From contig CAZSYD010000022.1 in the NCBI GenBank assembly GCA_964611355.1, positions 1 to 37,502 on the forward strand: 37,502 nucleotides of DNA, read 5' to 3'. The notes below the pieces were generated by a model that ran no database searches, was not told the DNA's origin, and worked only from the letters and a program-made list of their open reading frames with translations. Below, one piece after another: positions 35,798-37,502 of the stretch (position 1 is the first letter of the stretch; each line of letters begins with the position of its first letter). The position numbers and the translations under genes are program-made. The stretch is from an uncultured Ignavibacteriales bacterium (lineage in GTDB: Bacteria > Zixibacteria > MSB-5A5 > GN15 > JAAZOE01).

Positions 35798-35862
35798 ACC
35801 GCTTATAATTGCTTCCCTTTTACAAATACTTTATATATAATTTCGGCGAGGAAACTGATTCG

Positions 35863-36492
35863 ATGATAGAAACCGTTCTGGAGATTTCGCAGAAGCTCGG
35901 CTATTCCGGTATTGTCGTTTTTATGCTTCTGGAAAGCTCCTTTTTTCCTTTTCCCAGCGAAATAATCATGATTCCGGCGGGCGCGGTGGCGGCGCAGGGA
36001 GGTATGGATCCCTGGCTTGCCATACTGATGGGCGTTGTCGGCAGTTGGCTGGGTGCGCTTCTCAATTATTATCTGGCTGTCCGGCTGGGCAGGCCGGTTC
36101 TCCACAAATATGGTAAATATATATTGATGCCGCCGCATCGGTTGTCTAAAGTAGAACGGTTCTTCTATAATCACGGCGAGATCAGCACTTTCACCGGTCG
36201 TCTGATTCCCGGCGTCAGGCAGTATATTTCCTTTCCCGCCGGCCTGGCACGGATGGATATGTTCCGTTTTTTGCTTTTCACCGGCCTGGGCGCCGGTATA
36301 TGGGTTTCGATTCTGGTCTGGATCGGCTACGCCGCCGGCACGCGGTTGGATAAAATAACATACGATAACATAGAGAACCTGTGGCATCAATATTCGACGC
36401 AGATAACCGTCGGGCTGCTTCTGTTCTGCGCGGTATTGATAACGATATATATTTTCTGGTATAGGAGAAGGAGGAAATTAAAAAAATTGTAG
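35863..36492 (+). CDS. DedA family membrane protein
   Basis: [18 protein letters not shown] and [19 protein letters not shown] 35863 preferred over TTG 35809. Confidence 0.93.
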   Translation: MIETVLEISQKLGYSGIVVFMLLESSFFPFPSEIIMIPAGAVAAQGGMDPWLAILMGVVGSWLGALLNYYLAVRLGRPVLHKYGKYILMPPHRLSKVERFFYNHGEISTFTGRLIPGVRQYISFPAGLARMDMFRFLLFTGLGAGIWVSILVWIGYAAGTRLDKITYDNIENLWHQYSTQITVGLLLFCAVLITIYIFWYRRRRKLKKL

Positions 36493-36556
36493 ATCGAAAC
36501 CACTGCCTGTCCTGAGAGAATCGAAGAGCCCGTCTTGAATTAAATGAAGGGTGCTT

Positions 36557-36584
36557 TTGACATTGCCCGAAGCGCCAATATTTT
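36557..36584 (+). promoter_or_regulatory. Putative sigma70 promoter upstream of the cassette-like genes
   Basis: TTGACA-16 nt-TATTTT. Confidence 0.45.
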
Positions 36585-36617
36585 ATCGAAACCACAGGGG
36601 TTTCGGCATACTTGCTG

Positions 36618-36644
36618 CCCGGCCACTTGAGGCGAATGTCATAC
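36618..36644 (+). mobile_element. Remnant right arm of an attC-like site, marking the cassette 5' boundary
   Basis: GGCCACTTGAGGCGAAT-GTCATAC. GTCATAC matches at 5/7 the GTTATAT expected from the downstream inverse core ATATAAC. Confidence 0.4.
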
Positions 36645-36659
36645 ATTGGAGAAGAGAAT

Positions 36660-37061
36660 ATGAAAAGAATTAGACTATGTATAGGATCGAATGACGGCGA
36701 GAATATTGCCAAAATCCATATGGGCGATACGGAGTTTTTTTATATTTATGATCTTTTCGAAAATTCAGAACATTTGTTCGTAGAAAAAAGGGTTAATACC
36801 GCAAAAAATTTGGGACATGCAAAAGTCGAAAAAATGAAAGGAGTTATTAAGATAATCAAAGACTCGGATATTCTTATCGCCCGAAAGAAAAGTCCAAATT
36901 TCATAAATATTGCGAATAAGACAAAATATCAACCTGTAGTGGTAAAAACCGAGAAGATATCAGACATATTAGTGATATTACATAAGTCATTCCAGGAAAT
37001 TCATGAACATGTTACAAGAAGAAAAAACGGTGAAATATTTGGTACTATACTTGAATTATAG
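36660..37061 (+). CDS. NifB/NifX (dinitrogenase FeMo-cofactor) family-like protein, probable integron gene cassette
   Basis: ATG 36660 with SD GGAG; HMGDTEFFYIYD...EKRVN pattern; strongly AT-rich; followed by attC. Confidence 0.75.
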   Translation: MKRIRLCIGSNDGENIAKIHMGDTEFFYIYDLFENSEHLFVEKRVNTAKNLGHAKVEKMKGVIKIIKDSDILIARKKSPNFINIANKTKYQPVVVKTEKISDILVILHKSFQEIHEHVTRRKNGEIFGTILEL

Positions 37062-37074
37062 AAATTCATAAAGT

Positions 37075-37146
37075 ATATAACAAGTCGTTGCACCTGACTA
37101 CTTTCCCGCCGTGCTGCAAAGCGGCGGGTGAGCTTGGTCATTGGGC
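37075..37146 (+). mobile_element. Integron attC site with a mutated core (GTT changed to ATT)
   Basis: ATATAAC-aagtc-GTT[G]CACCTG[A]CTACTTT...AAAGCGGCGGGTGAGC-ttggtc-ATTGGGC: inverse core, 5- and 6-nt spacers, imperfect inverted repeat with two unpaired bases. Confidence 0.75.
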
Positions 37147-37207
37147 CGTCTTGGGTATTACATGGTCAATAATTTGTCTCATATTTTCTTTTGCAGTTGG
37201 AGGCGAC

Positions 37208-37502
37208 ATGAAAGAAAAAACGAGGATTGGTATAATCATCTGTGACCGCTATCGCAGGTGTGCGGGCGGAAAATGTTTCAGATCGTTGCGGAACAGAGAA
37301 GGTGCGTTTGGCAGGTACAGGAATATGGAAGTTGAAGTTGTCGGGTATACCACTTGCGATGGGTGTCCCGGCGGTAATGTTGAATATGCTGTGGACGAAA
37401 TGAAGAAAAACGGAGCGGAGGTGATACATCTTGCTACCGGATTGATTGTCGGCTATCCTCCATGTCCGTATATCACCTATTTCCGTGACTTCATTAAAAC
37501 AA
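37208..37502 (+). CDS. CGGC-domain metal-binding protein (3' end cut by the window; absent from the ORF track)
   Basis: SD GGAGG; translates as MKEKTRIGIIICDRYRRCAGGKCF...EGAF...VGYTTCDGCPG...IHLATGLIVGYPPCP. Confidence 0.88.
   Translation, partial: MKEKTRIGIIICDRYRRCAGGKCFRSLRNREGAFGRYRNMEVEVVGYTTCDGCPGGNVEYAVDEMKKNGAEVIHLATGLIVGYPPCPYITYFRDFIKT

Noticed and set aside
37166..37429. 87-aa minus-strand ORF from the track
   Set aside because: It is the antisense shadow of the CGGC-domain gene starting at 37208 on the plus strand.

Overview
Bacterial window with four parts. (1) About 28 kb of co-oriented (+) flagellar and motility genes (2695-30619): MotE/YlxF-like, fliK, flgD, TIGR02530-type gene, flgE, flbD, fliL, fliM, fliN, fliO, fliP, fliQ, fliR, flhB, flhA, flhF, flhG, fliA. 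These are followed by an unusual signalling block: a DUF2225 Zn-ribbon/TPR protein, three paralogous PilZ proteins, a secreted protein, two His-kinase-like sensors without a working ATP-binding domain, three stand-alone receivers, a 130-aa degenerate chemoreceptor-tip-like protein, CheW and FapA. Two sigma54 promoters share the same upstream architecture, and two sigma28-like promoters are visible. (2) At the left end, an AT-richer two-gene minus-strand unit whose large protein has a C-terminal HEPN-like Rx6H motif. It lies between two inverted 24-bp copies of one element (10-33 and 2645-2668), each in a predicted 5' leader. (3) A DAACS transporter with a ~370-aa disordered tail, then htpX, a CNNM/HlyC protein and DedA. 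(4) At the right end, an AT-rich NifB/NifX-like gene bounded by decayed integron attC sequences, then a CGGC-domain gene cut by the window edge. No rRNA, tRNA, CRISPR array, transposase or integrase was seen. Family calls come from motif recognition by eye, not database searches, and the organism cannot be named from this window.
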